From Gammaproteobacteria bacterium (lineage in GTDB: Bacteria; Pseudomonadota; Gammaproteobacteria; Steroidobacterales; Rariloculaceae), in the NCBI GenBank assembly GCA_036443505.1, contig JAZFYK010000169.1, positions 1-57,300 on the forward strand: a stretch of 57,300 nt of DNA. Direction: 5' to 3'. Each line of letters starts with the position of its first letter. The first letter of the stretch is position 1. The notes beneath the pieces are model-generated. The model had not been told where the DNA came from, searched no databases, and was given only the letters and a program-made list of their open reading frames with translations. The position numbers and the translations under genes are program-made. Below, one piece after another: positions 36,536-46,460 of this stretch.

Positions 36536-39328
36536 ATGAAACGAATAATCACCTATTCCGTGTGCGCGGCCACTGCCGCCGCGACCGTGGCGGCGGCCCA
36601 GGAACCGAGCTGGAACGAGACCCTGGAGCAGATCTCGTCCGGGGTGGTCTCTATCCAGGTAGACAGCACTCGAGCCTTCGATACCGAGCGCAATCAGTCC
36701 AGCCAGGCGACTGGCTTCGTCGTCGATGCCGAGCGGGGCTTAATCTTGACGAACCGCCATGTCGTCACGCCCGGGCCGGTCGTGGCGCAGGCGATTTTTC
36801 TCAATCAGGAGGAAGTGGAACTCGTGCCGCTGTACCGCGACCCCGTCCACGATTTCGGCTTCTTCCGTTACGACCCGAAGCACCTGACATTCATACAGCC
36901 GGCTGAGCTGCCGCTGGTTCCGGAGGCTGCTCAGATCGGCCGCGATATTCGCGTTGTCGGCAACGACGCCGGGGAGCAGTTATCGATCCTTGCCGGCACG
37001 ATCGCGCGGCTTGACCGGCAGGCGCCGAACTACGGGCGCGGTAACTACAACGACTTCAATACATTCTATATGCAAGCGGCGTCGGGTACTTCCGGTGGTT
37101 CGTCGGGCTCGCCGGTACTGGACATCGAAGGACGGGTGGTTGCACTGAATGCCGGTGCGAGCAGCCAGGCGGCGTCGAGTTTCTTCCTGCCGCTGGATCG
37201 CGTCCGCCGCGCGTTGAGATATATTCAGGAAGGTTTGCCGGTGCCCAGGGGCACGTTACAGAGTGAGTTGGTCCACAAGCCCTTCGCAGAGCTTCGACGG
37301 CTCGGCTTGACCGAGCAAACCGAGGCACTGGTTCGCGAGGCCTATCCGGACCAGACTGGGATGCTGGTCGTCGAACACGTCATTCCCGGTGCAGAGGCCG
37401 GCGAGTTCTTGAGGTCTGGAGATATACTCGTGCGAATTAACGGCGAGCTGATCGCCGAGTTCGTGCCCGTGGAAGAGACTCTGGACGACAACGTCGGCAA
37501 CAGCGTTACGCTGATGATAGAACGCGGCGGCGAGACCCTGGAACGGTCCCTGACCGTCGATGACCTGCATCAGATTACTCCGGACGAGTTCATTCAGTAT
37601 GGCGAGGGTGTATTCAACAACCTGTCCTACCAGCAGGCGCGTCACTTCAATCGGCCAATCTCAGGTGTCTATGTAGCCAATCCCGGATACGTCTTCGGTT
37701 CCGCCGCGATCCCGCGGGCAAGCCTGATATTGAGCATCGATGGCGAGGCGATGCGGAGTCTCGACGACCTGGAGCGATTATTGGAGCGGCTTCCAGACGC
37801 TCGACGCACGACGGTTCGGTACGTGCAATTCGATGATCCGCGGACGGAGCGGCAGCGCGTCATCACCAACGACCGGGAGTGGTTCCCGGCACAGCGGTGC
37901 AAGCGGGATGATGAAACTGGATTATGGCCTTGCCGGGAGCTCGCGCCAGGGCCGCCTGCACAAGTCCGGGAGCCTCAGACTACGACCTTCCCGCCGCAAC
38001 CGGGGGACCGCTACATACAACGCATCATTCCCTCACTGGTGCTCGTCAACTTCGACATGCCTTATACGGTTTCCGGGGTCTCCGACCGCCACTATTACGG
38101 CACGGGTCTGATCGTAGATGCCGAGCGTGGCTTGGTCGTCGTCGACCGCAACACCGTGCCGGTCGCCATGGGTGATGTCCGTATTACGTTCGCGGGCTCC
38201 CTGGAGATACCGGGACGGGTGGAGTATGTGCATCCGTTGCACAACCTCTCGATAGTGTCCTACGACCCGGCGCTGATCGGCGCCACCCAGACGCGTAGCG
38301 CAGTATTCACGACCGATGAAGTGTTACCGGGTGACCTATTAGCGGTGGTCGGTTTAAAGGCCGACCATAAGTTGTCATCGCAATCGAGCGAGGTCGCCTC
38401 GGTAGAGGCTGTAAACTTCCCGTTGTCCCGAACGTTACGGTTTCGTGAGTCGAACCTGGAAGGCATCACACTGGTCAACGGCCCTAACGATTTCGATGGC
38501 GTTATCGTCAATCAGCAAGGCAGGGTTGCCGCCTTCTGGGCTACATTCGCTTATCAGACGGGCAGAGAACTGACGCAAGTCAACATGGGGATACCCGCTG
38601 AGCTGATCGTCGACATGGTTGCGCGTGTACAGAACGATTCGCCGCTGCGCTCCCTGGAGATCGAGTGGCGCCACATGCCACTGGCGACTGCGAGGAAGTT
38701 GGATCTACCCGAGAGTTGGGTCGAGCGCTATGAGTCGCACAACGAACGGCGCCGTCAAGTGCTGGCCGTGGCCAGCGTGGTCGCCGGATCGCCGGCCGCG
38801 GAGTTCTTTCGCACCGGCGATATCCTTTTGGGTCTCGACGGGGAGCCGATGAATACGTTCAGAGAAGTCGAGCTGGCGACTCAGCGTCCTGACGTCGAGG
38901 TGACCGTGTTCAGAGACGGCCGCGAAGTGACCGAGCGGGTCGGCACGGTCGAGCTCAGCGGGGAAGGTCTTCAACGCGTCGTCTTGTGGGCCGGGGCGCT
39001 CGTACAGACGCCACATCGGGCAATTTCGGCGCAGCGCGGCATCGATTCTCAAGGAGTCTATGTCGCCTATTTCGCTTTCGGTTCTCCCGCGAGTCGCTCG
39101 GGGCTTTTTGCAGGAAGGCGCATCATCGGCGTCAATGGGCAGCCGACACTCGACGTAGACAGCTTCCTGGAAGCGGTCGACGGGCTGGGGGATCGTGTCT
39201 CGGTCAGACTCAATACCGTGACGTGGAACAGCGTGCCGCAAGTCATCACGCTCAAGCTGGATAATCACTATTGGCCGAGCTACGAGTTGCGACGCGAAGA
39301 CGACGGGTGGCGGCGCTACGAGCTGTAG
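36536..39328 (+). CDS. Secreted Nma111-like tandem HtrA/PDZ serine protease (930 aa)
   Basis: Signal peptide MKRIITYSVCAATAAATVAAAQ. Catalytic contexts LILTNRHVV, YRDPVHDFGFFRYDP and GTSGGSSGSPVLD. The second half repeats the fold (GTGLIVDAERGLVVVDRNTV) but lacks the His. The start is trimmed from 36374, which overlaps gcvPB. Confidence 0.8.
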   Translation: MKRIITYSVCAATAAATVAAAQEPSWNETLEQISSGVVSIQVDSTRAFDTERNQSSQATGFVVDAERGLILTNRHVVTPGPVVAQAIFLNQEEVELVPLYRDPVHDFGFFRYDPKHLTFIQPAELPLVPEAAQIGRDIRVVGNDAGEQLSILAGTIARLDRQAPNYGRGNYNDFNTFYMQAASGTSGGSSGSPVLDIEGRVVALNAGASSQAASSFFLPLDRVRRALRYIQEGLPVPRGTLQSELVHKPFAELRRLGLTEQTEALVREAYPDQTGMLVVEHVIPGAEAGEFLRSGDILVRINGELIAEFVPVEETLDDNVGNSVTLMIERGGETLERSLTVDDLHQITPDEFIQYGEGVFNNLSYQQARHFNRPISGVYVANPGYVFGSAAIPRASLILSIDGEAMRSLDDLERLLERLPDARRTTVRYVQFDDPRTERQRVITNDREWFPAQRCKRDDETGLWPCRELAPGPPAQVREPQTTTFPPQPGDRYIQRIIPSLVLVNFDMPYTVSGVSDRHYYGTGLIVDAERGLVVVDRNTVPVAMGDVRITFAGSLEIPGRVEYVHPLHNLSIVSYDPALIGATQTRSAVFTTDEVLPGDLLAVVGLKADHKLSSQSSEVASVEAVNFPLSRTLRFRESNLEGITLVNGPNDFDGVIVNQQGRVAAFWATFAYQTGRELTQVNMGIPAELIVDMVARVQNDSPLRSLEIEWRHMPLATARKLDLPESWVERYESHNERRRQVLAVASVVAGSPAAEFFRTGDILLGLDGEPMNTFREVELATQRPDVEVTVFRDGREVTERVGTVELSGEGLQRVVLWAGALVQTPHRAISAQRGIDSQGVYVAYFAFGSPASRSGLFAGRRIIGVNGQPTLDVDSFLEAVDGLGDRVSVRLNTVTWNSVPQVITLKLDNHYWPSYELRREDDGWRRYEL

Positions 39329-39425
39329 TAACACCAGGATACGGGCCGAATAATAAAGCGGAGCGACCGATTCCCGTGACGGAGGTCCTTGGCCGTTAGC
39401 CCAGCTTCGGCCAGAGTTCCCCTCA

Positions 39426-40382
39426 ATGGGACACACGATGAACTGCGTAAAATCAACGGCAGGCCTGGCCTGTTTTTTCCTGTGGGTTGGACTCACGAAC
39501 CCGACGCACGCGCAGCGTCTGTACAAATATCAGGACGCGAACGGCATGTGGGTCTACTCCGATCGACAGCCGGAGGATGGCCAGCAGTATCAGGAAGAAA
39601 CGCTACTGCGCTCCTCGGATACGCCCGAAGTCCGAGTGTCTCAGCGCCCGACGGCCGACGGGTTGAGCCTGTTCGCTGACAACACCTACTACAGTCCGGT
39701 CCAGATCGCCTACCAGCTCGCGTCGATGGAAAACCTCGCACCGGACACGCCGGAGACGGGCGACATGGTGTTGCCGGCGCGAAGTGAGACCGAACTCCTG
39801 TTCATCATGCGCGGCGACGTCACGCTGCCGATGAGTTTCGAGTACCAGTTCCAATACATTCCTGGCGATCCCGCCGCGCGCCACGAGCCTCAGGAGTTAT
39901 ACAGGCTCCCGTATGCGTCAGCCGAGAGCTTTCATGTATCGCAGGCGTATCCGGATCAGGCGACCCACGCCGACCCGGCCAGTCTTTATGCAATCGATTT
40001 TCAGATGCCCGTCGGTTCCGGCGTCTACGCGGCGCGGCGCGGAATCGTGATCGAGGTCGCCAGTGATTTCTATCAGTCGGGTACGGACCGCGATATCGAT
40101 GGCCCGCGCGCGAACGTCGTTCGCGTGCATCACGACGATGGCACGATGAGTCTTTACGCCCATCTGAACTGGAACTCGATTCGTGTGGTGCCGGGCCAGC
40201 GAGTCGAACGCGGCGAGTATCTCGCGGCCTCGGGCAACACGGGATTCAGTACGGGCCCTCATCTACACTTCGCGGTCCAGAGAAATCAAGACGGCGCCAT
40301 CGTTTCGATCCCGATCCAGTTCGCGGGGATCGATGGCAGGGCCGTAACGCTCCACGCCGGAGATCAGCCAACGGCCTACTGA
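39426..40382 (+). CDS. M23-family metallopeptidase with an N-terminal DUF4124-like segment
   Basis: Signal peptide, then RLYKYQDANGMWVYSDRQP (DUF4124-type motif). M23 motifs AIDFQMPVGSGVYAA, HDDGTMSLYAHL and GNTGFSTGPHLHFAV. The ATG at 39438 is an alternative start. Confidence 0.85.
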   Translation: MGHTMNCVKSTAGLACFFLWVGLTNPTHAQRLYKYQDANGMWVYSDRQPEDGQQYQEETLLRSSDTPEVRVSQRPTADGLSLFADNTYYSPVQIAYQLASMENLAPDTPETGDMVLPARSETELLFIMRGDVTLPMSFEYQFQYIPGDPAARHEPQELYRLPYASAESFHVSQAYPDQATHADPASLYAIDFQMPVGSGVYAARRGIVIEVASDFYQSGTDRDIDGPRANVVRVHHDDGTMSLYAHLNWNSIRVVPGQRVERGEYLAASGNTGFSTGPHLHFAVQRNQDGAIVSIPIQFAGIDGRAVTLHAGDQPTAY

Positions 40383-40873
40383 TGGCCGAGGAAGCCGCAC
40401 CGAGACATGCCACGTTCTCGATCGTGTCCGGCGGCCAGACGGGCGTCGACCAGGGGGCACTGGATGCGGCATCGGATCGCGGCGTCAGTTGCGGGGGTTG
40501 GTGTCCCGAGGGGCGTCGCAGCGAAGCGGGCATGATTCCCGCCCGCTACCCGGTTCGCGAGCTGGCCGGCTCAGGCTATTCTGAACGCACGCGGCAGAAC
40601 GTCGTCGATTCCGACGGCACGGCGATCATATTCAACGCGCTACTCGAGGGTGGTACACGGCTGACGGCAGAGTACTGTGAGCAAGAACGCAGGCCCCACG
40701 TACTAATCGATGCAGCAACGTTGAGTCGAGCCGAGTCGGTTGAGGTGTTGGGAAGCTTTATCCGCGATAACGACATTGACGTGTTGAATGTCGCCGGACC
40801 GCGCGCGAGCAAATGGCCCGACGCGCACGCAGTCACGCATGCTTTGCTGACTGAGCTTCTCAAGTGCGGGTAG
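40382..40873 (+). CDS. SLOG-superfamily protein of the 'putative molybdenum carrier' / permuted YpsA-like type
   Basis: IVSGGQTGVDQGALDAASDRGVSCGGWCPEGRR...DGTAIIF...VLNVAGPRAS; no signal peptide; its ATG overlaps the M23 stop (TGATG). Confidence 0.7.
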   Translation: MAEEAAPRHATFSIVSGGQTGVDQGALDAASDRGVSCGGWCPEGRRSEAGMIPARYPVRELAGSGYSERTRQNVVDSDGTAIIFNALLEGGTRLTAEYCEQERRPHVLIDAATLSRAESVEVLGSFIRDNDIDVLNVAGPRASKWPDAHAVTHALLTELLKCG

Positions 40874-40934
40874 GAGCGACGGCCTCGTCGCGATCTTTCG
40901 CCGCGACAAATCGCGGCCAGGCGGCCGCTCCTAC
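40870..40934. repeat. Inverted pair of REP-like units (GTAGGAGCGACGGCCTCGTCGCGAT ... ATCGCGGCCAGGCGGCCGCTCCTAC)
   Basis: The two units face each other to form a palindromic structure of about 65 bp. The left unit contains the TAG stop of the SLOG gene. Related units occur at 3094 and 51835. Confidence 0.55.
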
Positions 40935-40976
40935 AGCCATGTTCCGGAAGCGCGGGTAAGAGCGACCGGCTTGCTG

Positions 40977-41119
40977 GGGACGCATTCGGATAGTTCTTGC
41001 GAGCGTCGTGGGCGACGAGCGTGCCCGGGACGGCCTACAGCGACGAGCTCACGAGTCGAGCCGAGCCAGGGACGGCGAGGCGAGATTGAGTCTCGCAAGA
41101 ACTATCCGAATGCGTCCCC
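40977..41119. repeat. MITE-like palindromic-ended element, copy B (143 bp)
   Basis: A perfect 28-bp terminal inverted repeat, GGGGACGCATTCGGATAGTTCTTGCGAG / CTCGCAAGAACTATCCGAATGCGTCCCC. The interior is collinear with copy A at 8291-8424. Confidence 0.7.
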
Positions 41120-43171
41120 ACGGCGGTTAGCGTCGTGAGGCGTACCCAGCGTCGCGGCAAACTCCTCGAGACTCGTGACGGGTGCGCGGCATACCGTACC
41201 CTCGCAGACGTAGGCGACGGCGTCGCCCTTGGGGGCACGCTCCTCCAGGAGACCAGGCAGCGATTCTTCAGCGCTGCCGATGACGAAGCTCATTCTGCCG
41301 GGGTTGTAGCCGGCATTGGCATGCCGCTGCCAGTCCACGAGCGTATCCGGATCCCCACGCATGACGATGACCTCCGGTGGCGACAAGTACGCCCGCAGGG
41401 TCTGCAGGAGCGTGCCATGCGCTTGCGGGTACTCTTGCAGCGCGGGCCAGGCGGCGCGCAGTGTTCGTTCTGCCGCTTCGATATAGCGCGTTTCACCCAC
41501 CAGATGTCCCAGTCGAAGCAGCACCCGGGCCGCGATGCCGTTACCCGAGGGTGTCGCCTCGTCGGAATACGGTTTGGGTCGATGGATCAGAGCCTCGTGA
41601 TCGTCGGCAGTGAAAAAGAAGCCCCCATTCGGATCGTCGAATCGCACGAGCAGCACATCGACGAGCTGGCAAGCGAAGGTCAGGTAATCGGATCTCCATC
41701 GGTGTTGCAGGAGCTCCATGAGACCGTCGGCAAGGAAGGCGTAGTCATCGAGGTAGGCTGGGAATTGCGCCCGTCCGTCCTTGAAGCTCGCGAGCAGTCG
41801 CCCATCGCGCCACATCTGAGAATGGACGAAGTCTGCCGAGCGGCTCGCGGAGTCGGCCAGGTCGTCCCTGTCCAGTGTTCGAGCCGCACGGGCCATTGCT
41901 TTGATCATCAAGCCATTCCAGGACGCGAGAATTTTCTCGTCTCGTGCGGGCCAGACTCGCGAGTTGCGACTCGCCAATAGTTTCTTGCGCGCCGATTCGA
42001 GCGCTTTCGTCGCACGACCAGGCGACCTCCCGGCGTCGAGGTCGTCTACCGGGACGGCCACATGGAGATGCCATGCCTCGCCCTCGAAGTTGGCATCGAG
42101 GTTCAGGCCGTAATGCTCACGTGCAACCTTGCTCTCCTTTTTCGTGAGCAGCTCGTCGAGCTGAGCGGGCGTCCAGAGATAAAAACGACCCTCTTGTCCC
42201 TCGGAATCTGCGTCCAGTGTGGAGTAATAACCGCCGTCCGGATCTTGCATGTCGCGTATGACCCAGTCGGCCGTTTCACCCGCTATGCGGCCGAATAAGG
42301 CTTCGCCAGTGGCCGCATAACCGTCGCCGTAGACCGCCAGCAGCGCCGCGTTGTCGTAGAGCATTTTCTCGAAGTGCGGAATCGCCCAGCGCTGATCGAC
42401 CGAGTATCGATAGAAACCTCCGCCCACCTGATCATAGAGCCCGCCCGTCGCCATCCGCGATAGGGTCAGCGTCGCCATGTACCGTGCATGCAGGTCCGGT
42501 TCCGCAGTTTCCGCTGTCGCGCGCCAGGTCGAGAGCAAGGCCTCGATATTGGTTGGGTGAGGAAACTTGGGCGCCCCGCCGAAGCCGGCGTATTCGGGGT
42601 CGAAGGACTCCTCGAGCTGCTTACGTGCCAGTCGTAGCGGCTCCTCCGTGAGCTCGGCCGAACCGCTGCTTCTTGAGGACGGGTCGAGGTTCGCGAGGGC
42701 AGTCTGCAGGATTCTGCCCTGGCTTTCGATCTGGCCTTCGTGACTGCGGGAAAACGACTCTATTCTTGTCAGGATTTTTTGGAACTGTTCCCTCGGGAAG
42801 TAAGTGCCGGTGAAGATCGGCAAGTGGCCGTCGGCGGTCAGGAAGACCGTCAGCGGCCAGCCGCCCGGGCTGCGGGAGATTAACTGGTGGGCGCTCTGGT
42901 AGATCTTGTCCAGGTCTGGGCGTTCCTCGCGGTCGACCTTGATATTGATGAACAGACTGTTCATGAGCTTCGCGGTTTTCTCGTCCTCGAAGCATTCATG
43001 GGCCATCACATGGCACCAATGACAGGCCGAATAGCCGATCGAGAGCAGGATCGGCTTGTTCTGCTGCCGGGCGCGCTGCAGCGCCTTATCGTTCCACGCG
43101 AACCAATTAACGGGGTTATCGGCGTGCTGCAGAAGATAAGGGCTGGTCTCGTTTGCCAGCTCGTTCGCCAT
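41102..43171 (-). CDS. Thioredoxin-domain / six-hairpin glycosidase-like protein (YyaL / SPATA20-like, DUF255)
   Basis: [54 protein letters not shown]; 689 aa. Confidence 0.9.
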   Translation of the reverse strand: MANELANETSPYLLQHADNPVNWFAWNDKALQRARQQNKPILLSIGYSACHWCHVMAHECFEDEKTAKLMNSLFINIKVDREERPDLDKIYQSAHQLISRSPGGWPLTVFLTADGHLPIFTGTYFPREQFQKILTRIESFSRSHEGQIESQGRILQTALANLDPSSRSSGSAELTEEPLRLARKQLEESFDPEYAGFGGAPKFPHPTNIEALLSTWRATAETAEPDLHARYMATLTLSRMATGGLYDQVGGGFYRYSVDQRWAIPHFEKMLYDNAALLAVYGDGYAATGEALFGRIAGETADWVIRDMQDPDGGYYSTLDADSEGQEGRFYLWTPAQLDELLTKKESKVAREHYGLNLDANFEGEAWHLHVAVPVDDLDAGRSPGRATKALESARKKLLASRNSRVWPARDEKILASWNGLMIKAMARAARTLDRDDLADSASRSADFVHSQMWRDGRLLASFKDGRAQFPAYLDDYAFLADGLMELLQHRWRSDYLTFACQLVDVLLVRFDDPNGGFFFTADDHEALIHRPKPYSDEATPSGNGIAARVLLRLGHLVGETRYIEAAERTLRAAWPALQEYPQAHGTLLQTLRAYLSPPEVIVMRGDPDTLVDWQRHANAGYNPGRMSFVIGSAEESLPGLLEERAPKGDAVAYVCEGTVCRAPVTSLEEFAATLGTPHDANRRGDAFG

Positions 43172-43235
43172 ACATCAACTATAGCAGCAGGTGCCGCTAG
43201 CTCCCGCCCGGGTCCGCAACTAAACTATCGCGGTC

Positions 43236-44048
43236 GTGTTCACCTATCCTGACATCGATCCCATTGTGTTCGGAATCGGCCCGCTCCAGGTGCGCTGGTA
43301 TGGACTGATGTATTTGGGCGGATTCCTGCTGGGCTGGATCGGTGCGCGTGTCAGGGCGAAACGCCCGGAGAGCCCCTTCTCCCCCGCGCTAGTCGATGAC
43401 CTGGTCTTCTATGTTGCGCTCGGCGTCATTCTCGGCGGGCGAGTCGGCTACATGCTGTTCTATAACTTTGGCAGTTTGATTGAGAACCCGCTCAATCTCG
43501 TCAAGGTTTGGGAGGGAGGCATGTCGTTTCACGGCGGATTGCTGGGGGTGATCGTCGCGCTGGGGTTATTCGCCCGGCGCGTCAAGCAGCCATACTTTGT
43601 GGTGACCGATTTCATTGCGCCCTGGATAGCACCGGGGCTGGGTCTCGGCCGCATAGGAAACTTCATCAACGGTGAATTATGGGGTGCGGAGACGAATCCT
43701 GACGCGTTCTGGGCGGTCATCGTCGATGGCGTTCCGCGTCACGCGACCCAACTGTACGAGGCCGCGCTCGAAGGGCTATGCTTGTTCTTGATTCTTTGGA
43801 GTTTCTCGATACGGCCGCGACCGATACGTGCCGTCTCCGGCCTGTTCCTGGTTTGCTACGGGATTTTTCGCATTGCAATCGAGTTCGTCCGTCTACCCGA
43901 TCAGCACCTGAACGAGGCTGCGGACGGCTACCTTGCGTTCGGCTGGCTCACCATGGGCCAGGTATTATCGACACCGATGATTCTGGTGGGCATCGTGTTG
44001 TTGTGGCTCGCCTATCGAGCTGATTCTTTGTATAGAGAGACAGGCTGA
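43236..44048 (+). CDS. lgt: Prolipoprotein diacylglyceryl transferase
   Basis: IGPLQVRWYGLMYLGGF...GGMSFHGGLLG...GRIGNFINGELWG; GTG start; followed by thyA as in E. coli. Confidence 0.95.
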   Translation: MFTYPDIDPIVFGIGPLQVRWYGLMYLGGFLLGWIGARVRAKRPESPFSPALVDDLVFYVALGVILGGRVGYMLFYNFGSLIENPLNLVKVWEGGMSFHGGLLGVIVALGLFARRVKQPYFVVTDFIAPWIAPGLGLGRIGNFINGELWGAETNPDAFWAVIVDGVPRHATQLYEAALEGLCLFLILWSFSIRPRPIRAVSGLFLVCYGIFRIAIEFVRLPDQHLNEAADGYLAFGWLTMGQVLSTPMILVGIVLLWLAYRADSLYRETG

Positions 44049-44843
44049 ATGAAGCAGTATCTGGATTTGCTTAGGGAGATTCGTGACCATGGTGTTCGCA
44101 AGGCCGACCGAACCGGTACCGGGACGCTGAGTGTGTTCGGTCATCAGTTTCGCTGCGATCTGGATGCGGGGTTTCCCGTGTTGACCACCAAGAAGTTGCA
44201 CTTGAGATCCATCATTCACGAACTATTGTGGTTCCTGAACGGCGATACCAACATCGCCTATCTCAACGCGCACGACGTCAAGATCTGGGATGAGTGGGCA
44301 GACGCTTCGGGAGACCTGGGACCAATCTATGGAGCCCAGTGGCGAGCCTGGCCGACGGCTAACGGCGGGCACATCGATCAGATCGAGCAGGCGCTGCGGC
44401 TGATAAAAGACGAGCCTAACTCGCGGCGTATTATCGTCAGTGCCTGGAATGTCGCCCAGCTAAGCGAGATGGCTCTATCTCCTTGTCATGTGTTGTTTCA
44501 GTTCTACGTAGCGGAAGGCAGGCTGTCCTGCCAGCTATCTCAACGTAGCGCGGACGTCTTCCTCGGCGTGCCGTTCAATATCGCGTCCTATGCGCTGCTG
44601 ATCATGCTCATGGCGCAGCAGACTAAATTACGGCCAGGGGAACTCGTGTGGACAGGTGGCGATTGCCATCTCTACCTCACTCATCTTGAGCAAGCCGATG
44701 AGCAACTGGCGCGAGAACCGCTGCCGCTTCCAAGGTTGGTCATTAAACGCAAGCCGAAATCTCTGTTCGAATATCGCTACGAGGACTTCGAGCTCATCGA
44801 TTATCGCGCGCACGCCCACATTCAGGCGCCGGTAGCCGTGTGA
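44049..44843 (+). CDS. thyA: Thymidylate synthase (ThyA)
   Basis: [11 protein letters not shown]...[12 protein letters not shown]...RRIIVSAWN...[12 protein letters not shown]...[17 protein letters not shown]. Confidence 0.97.
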   Translation: MKQYLDLLREIRDHGVRKADRTGTGTLSVFGHQFRCDLDAGFPVLTTKKLHLRSIIHELLWFLNGDTNIAYLNAHDVKIWDEWADASGDLGPIYGAQWRAWPTANGGHIDQIEQALRLIKDEPNSRRIIVSAWNVAQLSEMALSPCHVLFQFYVAEGRLSCQLSQRSADVFLGVPFNIASYALLIMLMAQQTKLRPGELVWTGGDCHLYLTHLEQADEQLAREPLPLPRLVIKRKPKSLFEYRYEDFELIDYRAHAHIQAPVAV

Positions 44844-44847
44844 TCTG

Positions 44848-45684
44848 TTAATCGACGGAGTCAGGGACTGCGGCTCCGGCGCAGGCGACCGCGATCGGCT
44901 CCCCGGCAGGTTCCATGGGCACCGCAGTGAGAGAGCCACCCCAGACGCAGCCGCTATCCAATGCCGTGATGTTGGCGCGACGACTAAGTCCCAGAGAGGA
45001 CCAGTGGCCGAACACGACATGGGTCGCCTCGCTCGGTCGTCCGGGGAACTCGAACCAGGGGACGAGATGAGCGGGCTGCGTGCCGGGGGGTCCCGTGTGT
45101 TCGAAGTCCAGGTCGCCTTGCTCGTTGCAATACCGCATGCGAGTCAACGCGTTAATCGTGTAACGCAGTCGGTCGGCACCCTGATGATCGGCGGACCAGG
45201 CGCGCGGCTCGTCACCATACATTTTCTTCAGTGCACTGGCCCAGTTCGGCCCGCGCAGGCGCTCGGAAATCTCGCCGGCGCGCGCGACGGCGTCACTGAC
45301 TGACCAGGTCGGCGGCAGGCCCGCGTGGACCAGGAGCCAGTTTCGCTTCGCGTCATGATAGAGCAGCGGTCGAGATCTCAGCCAGTCGAGAAGGTCTGCG
45401 GCATCGGGCGCCGCGAGAACCGCCTGGAACGTATCATCGTCGCCGCGTTTGCGTACACCGACCGCTGTCGCGAGCAGATGCAGGTCGTGATTTCCCAGGA
45501 CCGTCGTTGCGTTGTCGCCGAGGTTTATGACTTCGCGCAACACGTCCAGAGAATCGGGTCCGCGATTGACGAGATCTCCGACCAGCCACAGATGATCGCG
45601 TTCGGGCTTGAATGAGATTGCACGCAACAGCTCGGTAAACGCCTGGCCGCAACCCTGTATGTCGCCGATCGCGTAGAGGGTCAC
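44848..45684 (-). CDS. apaH: Bis(5'-nucleosyl)-tetraphosphatase, symmetrical
   Basis: LYAIGDIQGC, WLVGDLVNRGPDS and LGNHDLHLL metallophosphatase motifs. The start is set to the GTG at 45684, which overlaps the rsmA stop (GTGA). Confidence 0.9.
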   Translation of the reverse strand: MTLYAIGDIQGCGQAFTELLRAISFKPERDHLWLVGDLVNRGPDSLDVLREVINLGDNATTVLGNHDLHLLATAVGVRKRGDDDTFQAVLAAPDAADLLDWLRSRPLLYHDAKRNWLLVHAGLPPTWSVSDAVARAGEISERLRGPNWASALKKMYGDEPRAWSADHQGADRLRYTINALTRMRYCNEQGDLDFEHTGPPGTQPAHLVPWFEFPGRPSEATHVVFGHWSSLGLSRRANITALDSGCVWGGSLTAVPMEPAGEPIAVACAGAAVPDSVD

Positions 45685-46460
45685 GAGCGCTCCAGGTTCG
45701 CCAGCTTGGCGAACTCCTCCGGGTGCAATGTCTCGGGGCGGGCGCCAGGATCGATCCCTACCGCAGCAATTTGTTCTTTGTTCAGCCATCCCTTGAGCGC
45801 TCGCCCCAGCGTCTTTCTGCGCATGGAAAATGTCAGGGCCACGAGTTCAGTGAATCGACCGATATCGGCGACCGGGAACCGTGGCTCGATCTGTGTCCGC
45901 ACCCGGACTAGCCTGGACCGTACTCGCGGCGCGGGCGAGAAAGCGCCCGGGCCGATCTCGAAGCATGTCTCCGTCTGCGCCCAGAGCGCAAGCATCACGG
46001 TCAGGCGACCGTAATCCTTACCGCCGGGCGCCGCCGTCATTCTCTGAGCGACCTCTTTCTGTAGCATCAGATGCATGTCTTCGATTGCTGCCCGGTGTTT
46101 CAGCAGATGAAACAGCAGGGGCGTTGAGATGTTGTATGGCAGGTTACCCACGACTCGTAGCGATGCCGGTGTCGGTGCCAGCGAAGAGAAGTCGAACTTC
46201 AGCGCATCACCGCGGTGCAGAATCAGCTTCCCGGCGTTGGGAGCCAGGCGGGCGAGGTGATCAGCCATGCGGTCGTCGATTTCGATCACGTGCAGGGCTC
46301 GAAGTTCATGCAACAACGGAAACGTCAATGCGCCTTGCCCGCCACCGATCTCGACCATGCAGTCTGCACGCTGAGGAGAAATCGTGGCCACCAATCTGTC
46401 GATGACCGTCGGGTCATGCAGGAAGTGTTGCCCGAGTCTCTTACGGGCTCGCGGCGGCAT
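45681..46460 (-). CDS. rsmA: 16S rRNA (adenine1518/1519-N6)-dimethyltransferase
   Basis: KRLGQHFLHDPTVIDRLV...VEIGGGQGALT...GNLPYNISTP. The start is set to the ATG at 46460 (TGATG overlap with pdxA). Confidence 0.92.
   Translation of the reverse strand: MPPRARKRLGQHFLHDPTVIDRLVATISPQRADCMVEIGGGQGALTFPLLHELRALHVIEIDDRMADHLARLAPNAGKLILHRGDALKFDFSSLAPTPASLRVVGNLPYNISTPLLFHLLKHRAAIEDMHLMLQKEVAQRMTAAPGGKDYGRLTVMLALWAQTETCFEIGPGAFSPAPRVRSRLVRVRTQIEPRFPVADIGRFTELVALTFSMRRKTLGRALKGWLNKEQIAAVGIDPGARPETLHPEEFAKLANLERS

Noticed and set aside
45685-45789. N-terminal extension of the apaH ORF; the same applies to the extensions at 22882-22971 (crp), 3654-3752 (cysS), 23701-23772 (rplM), 51879-51965 (MFS) and 54783-54818 (DUF4159).
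   Set aside because: The extensions overlap upstream genes or regulatory DNA and are not part of the conserved N-termini of these families.
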